64,000 bases of DNA from Octopus sinensis (Eukaryota): contig NC_042999.1 in assembly GCF_006345805.1 (NCBI RefSeq), positions 35,650,001-35,714,000 of the forward strand, written 5' to 3'. Position numbers and translations under genes: made by a program. Below the pieces are notes generated by a model. The model was given only the letters and a program-made list of their open reading frames with translations, had not been told where the DNA came from and ran no database searches. Shown here piece by piece: positions 12,702-25,322 of this stretch. How positions within the stretch are numbered: position 1 is the stretch's first letter; each line of letters starts with the position of its first letter.

Positions 12702-13392
12702 TTTCTGTTTCCAAATTTCATCAAATTACACACACACACACAGACACACACTCTCTCTTAACTAAATAACAGGATTATTATTATTATTGAAATACCTTCT
12801 CCATCTCCCTCCCACCCCTCTTTGCTATTCTTAATCACATTAGCTCTGTGACAAGTCTCTCTCTCTTTTGCCATCCTCAGCCCCTCTCAAATGAAATACT
12901 ATGACTACTACTACTACTACTACTACATTCAATAGCTGGCTTTACCACTTAGTTATATTCTCTGTTTTGCTCTTCTTCGTCTTGGTTTCTTGAATTACTC
13001 CATGCTTTCAGACGGTTGCTACTCTTATGTCAGAGGCTTTTTGTTGACTTTTTCAAACCAACCTGGCCCCAGCTCTCCGATTAAACCCTCAACCCTACAC
13101 CCATCTCCTCCCCCCCCCCATCCTCCTCAACCCTCTACTTATTTCTTCAACTTTTTATTTTCGTCTTTGCTTTATTAGCCAGCTTCCTTCATTGGTGAAC
13201 AGATTTACACTTTTACTCTATTTGTATAAAGTAAATATATGGATGTACTCAGGATTGGATCCCTGTGTACAATTAACACTTTTTCTGTGTTTGCTTTTTG
13301 TTTTTGTTTCTTTCTTATATTATATTTTGTTGTGTGTTGTCACACACAAGTTCACACAAAAGACATGGCCTTCCTTTCACTCTGTAATGGCT

Positions 13393-13398
13393 AATAAA
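13393..13398 (+). promoter_or_regulatory. Candidate polyadenylation signal of UBXN4
   Basis: AATAAA about 0.7 kb after the stop, followed by TG-rich sequence; use is not proven. Confidence 0.35.
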
Positions 13399-13476
13399 TA
13401 TTTATATATATGTGTGTGTGTGTGTGTTTGTGTATGTTTGTGTATATAAATGTGTTTGTGTGTATATGTTTGTTTA

Positions 13477-13532
<56 letters not shown>

Positions 13533-14022
13533 TAAATAAAGCATATCCACACGTGGATGCAAACATGGCTGAGTGGTTAAAGAGTTTGCTTTGCAGCCAT
13601 GACATGCCAGGCTGGATCACAATCTATGGATTGTACTTGTAATTGAAAGGTAGGTCCAGCCTTTTTGTGCTGTGCCTTGCTGATTAAACTTGAGGATTGC
13701 ATTAAGGATACACGTGTCTGTGGAATACCCAGCCACTTTGCATGCTAATTCAGTTGATTGAACAATTTGGTGTCATGTGTCAAAAGGGATGGGAGAATCC
13801 ATCATCATATATATGTGTGTGTGTGTGTGTGTGTGTATTTTGCTGCTGTTTGTGTGTAATTATAAAGCATTGTACAATTTTTAATTTTGTACCTGTACAA
13901 ATTATATATGTATATAATATACACATGCACGCGTGCAAACACACACATCTGCCTATTAATATATAGATATGGTATCTGACTCATATCTATATGCTATGAT
14001 GAAAAAGGGGATGTTAACTGAT

Positions 14023-14056
<34 letters not shown>

Positions 14057-14187
14057 CAGGGTGTCCAAAAATTCTGGGTACATGGAATAAATAAATAAAA
14101 TCATAATATAAACAATTAAATATAAGAAATAATAATTTCTTAAAGTATGTGTTAATCCCCATCTACCCAGACTTTGTGGACACCCTG
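14057..14187. mobile_element. Tc1/mariner-type MITE
   Basis: TA|CAGGGTGTCCA...TGGACACCCTG|TA. Confidence 0.75.
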
Positions 14188-15513
14188 TATATCCATATTT
14201 AAATTTGTAGGCAGATGTGTGTTTGTGAGTGTGTGTGTATATATATAGATAAAATATATATAGGTACTATGTAGGTTACATATTTTATATCATACCTTGG
14301 TACTGTGTGGACTGAGATCCCCTGTTAACATGTCCCTGGTATTTGAAAATAGTGTTAATGCTTATGCTATGCAAATTAATTGTTCCAGTTTTCTAAAGTA
14401 AATGTAACTGTTGAGTATATAAACAAATTGGCTGCTTGTTTGTCTGGGATTAATCAAACTGATGTAGATACCTTTGATATGAGTCCAATAAGATTCGAAA
14501 ATCAATTAAGGTTGTTCATCACTTTTTTTTCAATCTATGGAGAAATAGCTAAATTAGCCTTGTTTATATAGGTTATATTTATATATTTTTAACTCTATCT
14601 ATCTATCTATCTATCTATCTATATATATATAGCTAATGATAAAAGGGTAAAATTAATTATTAATTAATAGTTTTACCAAGTAGTGTTCAGTATGTAAAAA
14701 GACCATTTACGGTATATTTAAAACATTACGTTATATAATTAGGGTTCAGTAAAAAAAATTTACTTCACCACACACCAAACTTTTAGAAATAGCAGCCAAA
14801 AAATTTAGCTATTTCCTCTACTATAAGAAAAGTCTCCCAGACAATGTATACTCAAAAATAATTCACGTAGGTATATAGCTAGATAGACTGTCGTAAGTCT
14901 TTATATAATAATGTGTAATTATATACATACACATGCACATAATGTATATATTTATATGTACATGTACAGTTATTTGCGAATTATATAAACATACATACAC
15001 ATGTATTTCACTTTAACCATGGTATTATTTACAGAAATTATGAAGAAGTACTTATAATTATTTGAAATGTTGATATTGAAGTTATGTTTATGTTGTTTGT
15101 ATTCAGAAGATCTATTTTTGTTTTAAACATTGTATAGAGCAAGTCTTTTTACTGTTGAATATCTTCACTTCCATAAACCACATAGCTAGAAATGTTTGAT
15201 GGGACAAGTATAGTAATCTGCTTTGTCTAGGACAGAATATTAATGTTATGGCAGGGTCTGACCACATAACTTAGAGTCTAGGGATTTATTTAAATCCAGA
15301 GCCCTGGGGATTTTTATCTTAAGTTATATGCTGATCTGTCTCTCTTGCTGTATATATTTGTGTAAAGGGAAGTAGGCAGCCAAGTTGTTGATATATTCTG
15401 TTAAATGGAATTAATTAAATTCCTTAAAAATGTACATTAGATTCTTTAAAAGTGTACACATACACAAAGATACACCTCTTTCTCTCTCACTATATATATA
15501 TATATAATGTGTG

Positions 15514-15579
<66 letters not shown>

Positions 15580-17023
15580 CGATATAATATAATACGAGTA
15601 TTTATTTGGACTTTAGGTATATGTTTAGTCATTTCTTTATTACCCACGAGGGACCATCTTTAGGTATATGTTTAGTAGCATGCTGATTAAAGCACTGTCA
15701 TCGTTTAGGCTACCTGATGTTAACCACAGTTATGATATAATAGTTACTGGATCTACGTCAGGAATTCCAGTGTTTGTTGAGTTTATAATGAATGAGGGAA
15801 AGTATAGCCAACATCTTATGGGCGACCACAACATGCCAAGCGAAACTCAGTACATATAGCGAAGTATCTTATTTCAAACGTGACACCTGATGAGATCCAG
15901 CCTGCACTGATGGATGTAACACAACTAGCTGTACAATATCTCACCTGTAAGGGACAGCTGCAGGATGGGTCGAAATGATAGTTGTGTTGAATAAAGATTC
16001 CTCCTAATTCCATTTTCTCTTTCCTTTCATTCATTAATTCATTTTATATATATACACATATATATACACACATATATATATAGCCAACATCATGCAAAAA
16101 TGATTTATTTTAGTGTATAATAAATTATTATATATGTCTGCACTAGGATGTATGCTATAAATTGCATAGTACTATTGTAGATTTTTCAAAACAATACAGA
16201 TATAGAAGGGTAGCTCTTCAGGTCGACAGAATATCATGGTTACATCAATTTTACAACTCTGGTATACACCTACAAAAAAAAATCATTTCAAATATATAAT
16301 GTATGGTACATATAGTGTGTGTGTGTGTATAATTTATATGTAATTGCATCAATAAAAGTAAGTATTAAGTGTTTTAACTACAAAACTAAATTTCATGGTT
16401 ATTCCAGTAATGTTGTTAAATATCTACCAAAACATAGAACTGGTATTTTCTGCAAGTCACATTGCCTCAATAAACTTGACATATATCAACAAAAAATAGT
16501 TACAAACATTATATTCCTCAGCAAAAGACAGATTTTTTATATTAAAACTGCTTTCTACAGTTGAAGGTACTGAAAATTTGATCCAGTGAAAAAGGGTTAA
16601 GTAAAAATAGATCTCTTTTATTTTATTTTTTTAATTCTTGAGTATTCATTTTTTAGTTAGTGTTTGTATATTTTTTTTCATTTACTCTAGTGTGTTAGTG
16701 TAGCATTTATCCATGTGTTTGTGTGTTCATCTTTTGAATGCTTTCTTTGTGACACCACGCACTTAAGTATTACAAAATAAATTTTTTGAATTCTTTTATT
16801 ATTACATTTCATGCCAACATTATTGATGAAATTGATTCTTCACATATTAAACTTGTCTGTTTGTGTATCTATCTATCTACCTACCTACCTATATATATAT
16901 ATATATACATACACACACACATATATAGATAGATAAATCTTTGTTGGTCCTACTGTTTGGCTTCTACTCTGGTGATTTCTCTCCCCATTGTACTGGACTG
17001 ATATCTTCAATTATTTCCTTTAA

Positions 17024-17243
17024 CCCTTTAGTGTTCAAATTAATATGTCAAAAGTAATCCTTATTCATTTACATTTTAAAATATTAATCTGGTATTATCT
17101 TGTAACTTCAAGATTTGAAAAATGTAATTGTTTATTTTTAGAATGACATTGCAGGGTAGGTGTGAGTTGCTGGTTCTGGCCAGTTTGAGCATAAAATGAG
17201 TAGAATATTCGGGCCGGATACAGCCGGTTTAAACACTAAAGAG
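17024..17243. mobile_element. piggyBac-type MITE
   Basis: TTAA|CCCTTTAGTGTT...AACACTAAAGAG|TTAA. Confidence 0.8.
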
Positions 17244-17394
17244 TTAAACCATGAGCACCACCATAAAAGTAGTGATAAGCCATATCCGTGATCTAGTTTT
17301 GATGATCTGTTGGAGTCATTTCACTTATAATTGCTAATGCTTCTGTAAGAAGCATGAATACCAAAGTCACGAGTATGTTGATGGTGTGTAAGAA

Positions 17395-17578
17395 TGTGTG
17401 TGTATATATATATATACATGTATATGTGTATGTATATATACTTTTATATATATGCATGTATATATATAGATATGTGTGTATATATATAGATGTGTGTGTG
17501 TGTATATATATATATATACATATATATATACATGTATGTATATATATATGTATATATACATATATATATACACACATG

Positions 17579-17621
<43 letters not shown>

Positions 17622-17754
17622 CATGTATGTATATATATATCTATATATATATTACACATGTATGTATCTATATATATATATATATATACTGTATGTATAT
17701 ATATATATATATCACATGTATGTATATTATATATATAATATATATATACACATG

Positions 17755-17791
<37 letters not shown>

Positions 17792-17831
17792 GTATGTATA
17801 TATATATATATATATATATATCACATGTATG

Positions 17832-17864
<33 letters not shown>

Positions 17865-17996
17865 TATACACATGTATGTATATATATATTATATATATAT
17901 AATATATATATATATATATAACACATGTATGTATATTATATATATACATACACATGTATGTATATATATATATATATATATATATACATACACATG

Positions 17997-18035
<39 letters not shown>

Positions 18036-18055
18036 GTGTATATATATATATATAG

Positions 18056-18089
<34 letters not shown>

Positions 18090-18090
18090 G

Positions 18091-18149
<59 letters not shown>

Positions 18150-18150
18150 G

Positions 18151-18187
<37 letters not shown>

Positions 18188-18380
18188 CACATATGTATGT
18201 ATATATATATACACATATGTATATATATATACACATATGTATGTATATATATATATATACACATATGTATGTAATATATATATATTACACATATGTATGT
18301 ATATATATATATACACACACATGTATGTATATATATATACACATACATGTATGTATTATATATATATACACACACATGTA

Positions 18381-18412
<32 letters not shown>

Positions 18413-18415
18413 CAC

Positions 18416-18453
<38 letters not shown>

Positions 18454-18620
18454 ATATATATATATATACATGTATATATATATAATATATACACATATGT
18501 ATGTATATATATATATATACACATATGTATGTATATATATATATACACACACATGTATGTATATATATATATGTATATATATATATACACATGTATGTAT
18601 ATGCATATATATGTATAATG
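17395..18620. repeat. Compound (TA)n microsatellite punctuated by CACATGTATG
   Basis: Seen directly. Confidence 0.95.
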
Positions 18621-20324
18621 TAATAGCTTCTCTTTCAAACATATATTGAAGATACACTTACACTCCAGTTTGATCTATTTTGATTTGCATTTTTTTTTCA
18701 TATTTCCTTAACTGGTGAATTATATTTTAGTTGGAAACATTAATATTCCTACATAAGTGGTCTCCCTTCTCAAAATAAGGTTGTCATCCATATAGCTTTG
18801 AAAAATTAACTCTGTAACTGTAGACTTAAATTTCATGGTTATTTATTTCAGTAATGTTGTTAAATATCTATCAAAAAATAGAATTGGTATTTTCTGCAAG
18901 TCTTGTTGCCTCAATAAACTTGACATATCTCAACAAGAAACAGTTCAAACGTGATATTCTACAACAATAGATAGCTTGCTATATAAAAGTGCTTTCCGCA
19001 TTCAAATGTAATGAAATTTTGAGTGGGTGTATCTGATTTGTGTAATAAAAAGACCAAGGGATTTAGGAATACTACAGGCACAGACATAGCTTTATAGTTA
19101 TGAAGTTTGCTTCAGAATCATATGGCTTTGGGCTTGGTCCTATTGCACAGTACCTTGGGCAAGTTTCTTTTATTATGTTGTCCAATGAATTTTGAGTGGT
19201 AGTTGACAAACTGAAAGATGTCCATTGTGAATATGATTGTGTGTTTTTATGAATGTTAACAACTTGTTCTGAGCTATTGTTAGAAATGGTGTTTGTTGAC
19301 ATTTCCTGTCAACCAGTTATCCACTAGCTTTGCACTTTTGAATTAATCTGGAATAAGAAGAAAAAAAATTGAAAAATATTTTATTTGAAAAAACAAGCAA
19401 AAGTTGATGAAAGTTAAGCATTTAGCCACAAAAGTCCTGCTTCAGTTACATCCTGTGTAAGCCATGGTAGCATGGAAAATGAAACGAAGGAACTATCAGT
19501 GTTTTAAACATAAAAGAACTAATAAAGGAAATACAGGGGGGAAAAATCCTTAAATAAAAAAAGAAACTCAAACATAGTTATGCCATCAATACAACATTGC
19601 ATGTGCATACAGACACACACGGTCCAACTTTCATTCCTATAGACAAGTTGCTGCCTCTTATTCATATTAAAGTGGCTTTTAAAATAAATGTTATCTGTGC
19701 AGGTTAACACAAATCTAAGTTTTATTGTCTTCCATCATGACTATTACAATCCTAGATTTATGTGGTGCTTTATCTAAAATAAACAGCAACTTATAAATAA
19801 AATAAAAAACAGCTGAATCGAAAGTTAAGTATCAGCGACCAATCTCTGCATGGCCACGTTTTTATCATTGAGATGCAAATGGCCAGTGCTTTAATTGCCA
19901 ATTGTTATTAATATTTTAATGGATTTACAGCACATTGCTTCTTGTTACATTCTTATCTGATTTTTTTTTTTTTTACCTTTTTTGGTGGTGGGATGCAATT
20001 ATAGTATTCCAGTTCAATAAACTATTGACTTTTGACTTATAAAATCACTTGTATATGAATGCAACAAACTTTGATTTGAATTAAACATTGGTGGATGCAA
20101 TATTCAAGATGTGTGTGTGTGTGTGTATGTGTATGTATGTGCACATGTAATTGTAAGCTGTTGCTGTTCTAGAAAAACACCTGAAGATTGGGTTCAATTT
20201 TCATCTAAGGCAGCTTACACTGCACTTTGTATTAAAACAGATAAGATTGAAGCAATAAATTCCTAACCAATGTTTTTCTGTGATTACTCAGTATTGATTT
20301 CGAGTTCTTGTTTATTCACTTGTT

Positions 20325-20695
20325 TATCTTTTACTTGTTTCAGTCATTAGACTGTGGCCATACTGGGACACTGCCTTGAAGAATTATTGGTCGAATGCAC
20401 TGACCCCAGTATTTTTTTTTTTTTAAGCTTGGTACTTATTCTATCAGTCTCTTTTACTGAACTGCTAAGTTATGGGTACATAAACACAACAACATTGGTT
20501 GTCAAGCAGTGGTTGGGGACAAACATGGATACAAAGACACACAGTTATATACAAGCTTCTTTCAGTTTCCATCTACCAAATCCACTCACAAGGCTTTGGT
20601 CAACCCGAGGTTGTAGTAGAAGCTTGCCCAAAGTGTCATGCAGTGGAACTGAACCTTGGACCATGTGGTTGAGAAGCAAGCTTCTTAACGCATAG
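20325..20695 (-). mobile_element. SINE family A, diverged
   Basis: Similarity to the family consensus; further decayed copies lie near 8480, 19075, 20820, 22060 and 22830. Confidence 0.7.
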
Positions 20696-23063
20696 CCTCT
20701 GGAAAGTTTCATAAAGTTAATAGCAGAGAGGAATTTTATAAAATTAAAGCAATTGATGTAGAATTTAGATTGCAACGTTTAAATGTCTGAGATGATTATA
20801 ATTATTTGAAATATAGGTTAAGGAACAGCTGTCTGGTTTAGATGTTTGTACTTTCAACTTTGGGTTCAGTCCCACTCTGCAGCACCTTGGAGCAAGTGTC
20901 TTCTAATACAGCCTCAGGCCAACTAAAACACAAGTGGATTTGGTTGATGAAAACTGAAAGAAACCCATTGTGTGTGTATGATATATAATTTATGTATGTG
21001 CTTGGGAAACTGAGGATTTGCAACAGGAAGAGCATCTGTCTCTACAAATTTCATCTGACTCCTGCAAGAATGGAAAAGTGGATGATTAAATGATATCCTA
21101 TATCTAAACATAATTGTGTGTGTATGTGTGCATATATATATATATATATATATGAATATTGACATTGTACAGATTTTTTTGTTATCAGCTGTATATCCCT
21201 TGTTGAGATAACTACCAGTTGTTCTACACTTTTAAAGATATGTAGAATTTAAAAAATAACCATTGATAAAGAGGTAAGCAGTGATGACCTGAAAACCATT
21301 TAGTTGGAAAGTTCTGCCTCAAATAGTCTCCTTCCAATCCACCTTGTTAGTATGACTAAATAGAAGTTAAAGGAATTAATTTCATTGTTAAGAATTGGTT
21401 TATTCTCCCATATTCATTGACTGCTTTATATCTGGATGTTTACATAGTAGGCAACTAATTTCAGACAAGGAACATATTTTTGTTTTTGGTTAACTAATTC
21501 AGGAAATAGTGGAGATCAGACATGTGTCATGAATAAATCTCACGATAGGCAGTAGGCATTAATTAAATTGTCAGCAAAAGTTCATATCACACTGGCTCAA
21601 TGTTTAAAAATATTTACTTACAAGCAACAAATGTCTTCATAAACTGGAAAGAATAAAAAGCTTTCTTATCAATTGCAAAAGCTTTACATTCACTGAAGAT
21701 TTTCAATGATTTTTGAAATGTGTAGCAAAGGAGTGTATGTCTCTAATGGATTCAATTTTACAGGATCAGTAGTCATCAAGAAGGGAATGAAATTTAGTAT
21801 GGTCTAAGCAATAATCACTTGTCTTTGTTACCTATAAGAGCTTGTTCGTTATATGAGCATTTTCCCAAGCTAGTATTGGTTGGATGGAAACTTGAGGTAA
21901 CTGGATATCCTTTTTGCCACCAATTCTTAAATGTTTTTCAAGTAAGGGATTTAAAGTTAAAAAAAAAATTTTAATGGGCTTTGAAAAGGCAGAGTGTGAG
22001 TTAAAAACCACATCAATGTTTTTCTTTGGCAGTAACAAAGCCATGAAACATCAACATTTGAGCAACCCAGTATGCATCCATGTGCATGTGTGAGACAGGC
22101 TTCTATATAGTTTCAGTCTATCAGTTCCATTCATAAGGCACCAGTCATCCTGAAGCTGTAGTAGAAGACTAAAGTCCAAGGTGCCCCACTGTGGATTTGA
22201 ACCTGAAAAACCATACCTACACCTCTTTAGGCTGGTAAACTGATAGGTTGAAAAGTTTTTTTGATGATGTATATTGTCAAGTATTTTCATATTTTGATAT
22301 AATTACTGACAAAAGGAAGTAAAGAGAATGTGTTGAAGAAAGTTTGGTGTTTGCCAAGGACAAGAGCCTGGGTCAACAGTTTCAGGTTGATGATTGGAAC
22401 ATTGGTTTTGATGACCATTAAACAACCAAAGAAATAGTCATCGTCATTCAGCCTTGATCAAACTGATCTATGGTTAAGGATGCATTTGGAGATGAAAATT
22501 TTTGCTGTAAAGGAAATCCTTTGAAGCCAGGTAAGTTATTCACTTAGTTTTAGATTTTGCACAGTTTCTGTTTAACAAACTCCATTCATAAAGTATTGAT
22601 TAATCTGAAACTATGTAGAAGATACTTGCCCTACATATGTTTTGTGGGATCAGCTCTGGAACCACACGGTTGCAAAGTGAACTTGTTAACCACACAGACA
22701 TAACTGCAACTGTTATTGGATGCCTGTGCAAGCTGTGATTAATTTGAGATAAACTATTGTGTTAATCACCAAATTCATAAACAGAGCTCAGATCCAAAGG
22801 AAAATTTCAAAGAATTATCTTTTGTTTCAATCATTGGACTGCAGCTATGCTGGGGTACCACCATAAAAGGTTTAGTTGATCAAATTGACCCCGGTAGTTA
22901 TTTTTTAGGACTCTTTTGCTCAGTTGCTTAGTTACAGGGATGTAAAGAAGCCAATACCAGTTGTCAAGCAGTGGGTGGAGTGACAAACATGACATAAACA
23001 CAAAGCTTAAAGACACACACACACACACACACATGTATATATATATATATATATGCTCAGATG

Positions 23064-23230
23064 CACTAACCCTAAATCCTAAATTTTAGCCTTTCGTTTT
23101 TTTTTCTTAATTGTTAAATTAAAATTATTTTCCATTGCTTTCGTTTTTTTTTCTTAATTGTTATCTTTAAATTAATTTAACAATTAAGAAAAAAAAAATG
23201 AAAGGCTAAAATTTAGGGTTAGGGTTAGTG
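23064..23230. repeat. Foldback element with about 59-bp arms and TTAGGG-like ends
   Basis: CACTAACCCTAAATCCTAAATTTTAGCC... versus ...GGCTAAAATTTAGGGTTAGGGTTAGTG, about 3 differences. Confidence 0.7.
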
Positions 23231-24039
23231 ACAGGATGTTGTCTGTTTTAGACGCAGCAAATGATTTTAGCTCAAAAGAGAGCATAGGATTGGTTAAAAT
23301 TCGAAAAATTAAACTACGTTAAACTTACAAATTTCAATTTTCTCAAGAAAGCCAAGAGAAAAAAATGTTTTATTTTGACACATTCTACCAGTATACGAAG
23401 TTTAAAAGTATACGAAGTTTAAAACTAGAAATTGTGTTGAAAACTGCCATTCAAAAGGAAACGATCCAAATTTCAAAACATCACTGTAGTTACGAGTGTT
23501 GTGGTAGAAAGTCAAAATTGAAGAATTGGGGGTGGGGGGTGGAGGGGCGGTGAATTTAACGATGCCGATTTTTGGCAATTTTCCGGAACCTCCGTATCCG
23601 AAAACGGGGGTTTCAGGCCAAAAAAAAAAAAATTAAATTAACAAATTTGGGAGTAAATGGGGGAAGTCACGGAAGTCTTTCCAGTCTTTCATCAAAGGCT
23701 AGCTCATTCAAACCATTGATAACTATAGCGTATTTCTTTTTGTTATTCATGCCACAGAATGCAAAAATTATTTATTTCAAATAAGAACGAAGCAGCCCTT
23801 TTCAATATTTGAATGGTTTATTACTTGAAAAAGCAGCTATTATCGAATATACATATATAGAATGGTTATCACTTTATGGTTGGACGGGAAACGGAAAGGT
23901 TATTCATTTGGAAACAAAAATTCGGATATGAACTGAAGACATTGTGTGTAATAGGAAGGCAGCGAGGTGGCACAAACGGCAGCACGCCGAACAAAATGCG
24001 GACCTAAAGATCCCAAAATGCGGACCTAAAGATCCCAAA

Positions 24040-24405
24040 ATGCTTAGCGGCATTTCTTCTGGTTTTACGTAGTGAGCAAAAATTCCGTCGAGATCGACTT
24101 TGCCTATCACCTTTTCGGGGTCGAAGTAACGGACTAAACTCCTCCAGCAAACTTCCAGGCCTTGTACTTATATTATTTGTTTCTTTATTACCCACAAGGG
24201 GCTAAACATAGAGGGGACGAACAAGGACAGACAAAATGAATTAAGTCGATTACATCGACTCCAGTGCGTAACTGGTACTTAATTTATCGACCCCGAAAGG
24301 ATGAAAGGCAAAGTCGACCTCGGCGGAATTTGAACTCAGAACGTAGCGGCAGACGAAATACGGCTGCGCATTTCGCCCGGAGTGCTAACGTTTCTGCCAG
24401 CTCGC
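24040..24405. mobile_element. Two family C SINE pieces in opposite orientation in the PSMB6 promoter
   Basis: GTCGACTTTGCCTTTCATCCTTTCGGGGTCGA-type core present on both strands. Confidence 0.7.
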
Positions 24406-24497
24406 TAGAAAGGGCAAGAACAAAGGGACATGAAATCTTTGGTTGTTACCAATGAAATCAGAATGGATATTTAAACAAGGGAGCTAACCGCGATTAA

Positions 24498-24536
24498 CCG
24501 GAAACAGTTACATGCTAGTTATTATCCAAGATGGCT
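24498..24536 (+). promoter_or_regulatory. PSMB6 proximal promoter motifs (ETS-like CCGGAA; YY1-like CAAGATGGC over the ATG)
   Basis: Motif matches seen directly; function is inferred from housekeeping-promoter architecture. Confidence 0.4.
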
Positions 24537-24632
24537 TCTGTGATGACTGGCGGTTTGTCTTATTCCAGCATGAGCAATCAGATTTATAGCGACATGGGGA
24601 TGGACTGGATGAACCAAGAACAGACCACAGGG
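24531..24632 (+). CDS. PSMB6: Proteasome subunit beta type-6 (beta1), exon 1 (propeptide)
   Basis: ATG...|gtaagt. Translates MASVMTGGLSYSSMSNQIYSDMGMDWMNQEQTTG and ends at Gly-1, just before catalytic Thr1. Confidence 0.9.
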
Positions 24633-24748
24633 GTAAGTGATGCCATTATCATCTAAAACATATACAGATTCTTTTAGATCTTTATTTAAATCTATAGCTA
24701 TGACTAATCTTCATTGATTCCTTTATCAACATCACATAAGAGCTGTTT

Positions 24749-25140
24749 AATAATAATAATAATAATAATTTTCTTGCATCTTCTTCTCTCTCATCTCTTT
24801 CTGCATCAGCTCCCTTTCGACTTTTTCCTGATCCCACTTGGCTTAACGCTGAGCCCTGTCATGTCACAAAACAGGATTTGAAATTATCATCATCATAATT
24901 TGGACACAAGAAAGATTTGTTTTAATGAACAAAATTAAACTATAATTTCATTTATTCATGTTTTTTTTTTAATAATAATAATGAAATTATTGTATACAGT
25001 GCTCAGGTGCACCACAACTTGTCAGAAAGTGCATATAAAGTGTATGCAGTAATTTAGAAATGTCTGGAAAGTGAACAGAGTATGAGGCAGATACATGCCT
25101 GTGTGTGTATGGAGGGGAGAAAATCAAGTGTAGTGTTTGC
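24749..25140 (-). mobile_element. LINE 3' end plus transduced UBXN4 intron/exon fragment with a new (ATT)7 tail
   Basis: Reverse complement aligns to 2216-2581, including the acceptor AG and 88 nt of exon; no TSD seen. Confidence 0.85.
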
Positions 25141-25322
25141 CTACGGTCAATTCATTAGCTATCTATAATGTAATTAACTGATGTCTGTTTCCTGATTTTC
25201 ATTTTTCTCTAATGAATAACTTTATTTTTCTTATTTATTCTTTTACTAAGAGATTACCGGTACCTTGGTAATCTCGACAATAGCTTTTTTTGTAAGTAAT
25301 AGACACCTGATTTATAGAAATA

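Noticed and set aside
16950-17340. Minus-strand frame restored by removing the MITE (MAYHYFYGGAHGLKEIIEDISPVQW)
   Set aside because: In-frame stop upstream, no recognisable homologue and no convincing splice partners.
17293-18657. Long ORFs (up to 380 aa) of Y/I/C/M/V/H/T
   Set aside because: Translations of TA/TG microsatellites; the same applies to ORFs at 37675-38973, 51545-52266, 54101-55082 and 63621-63994.
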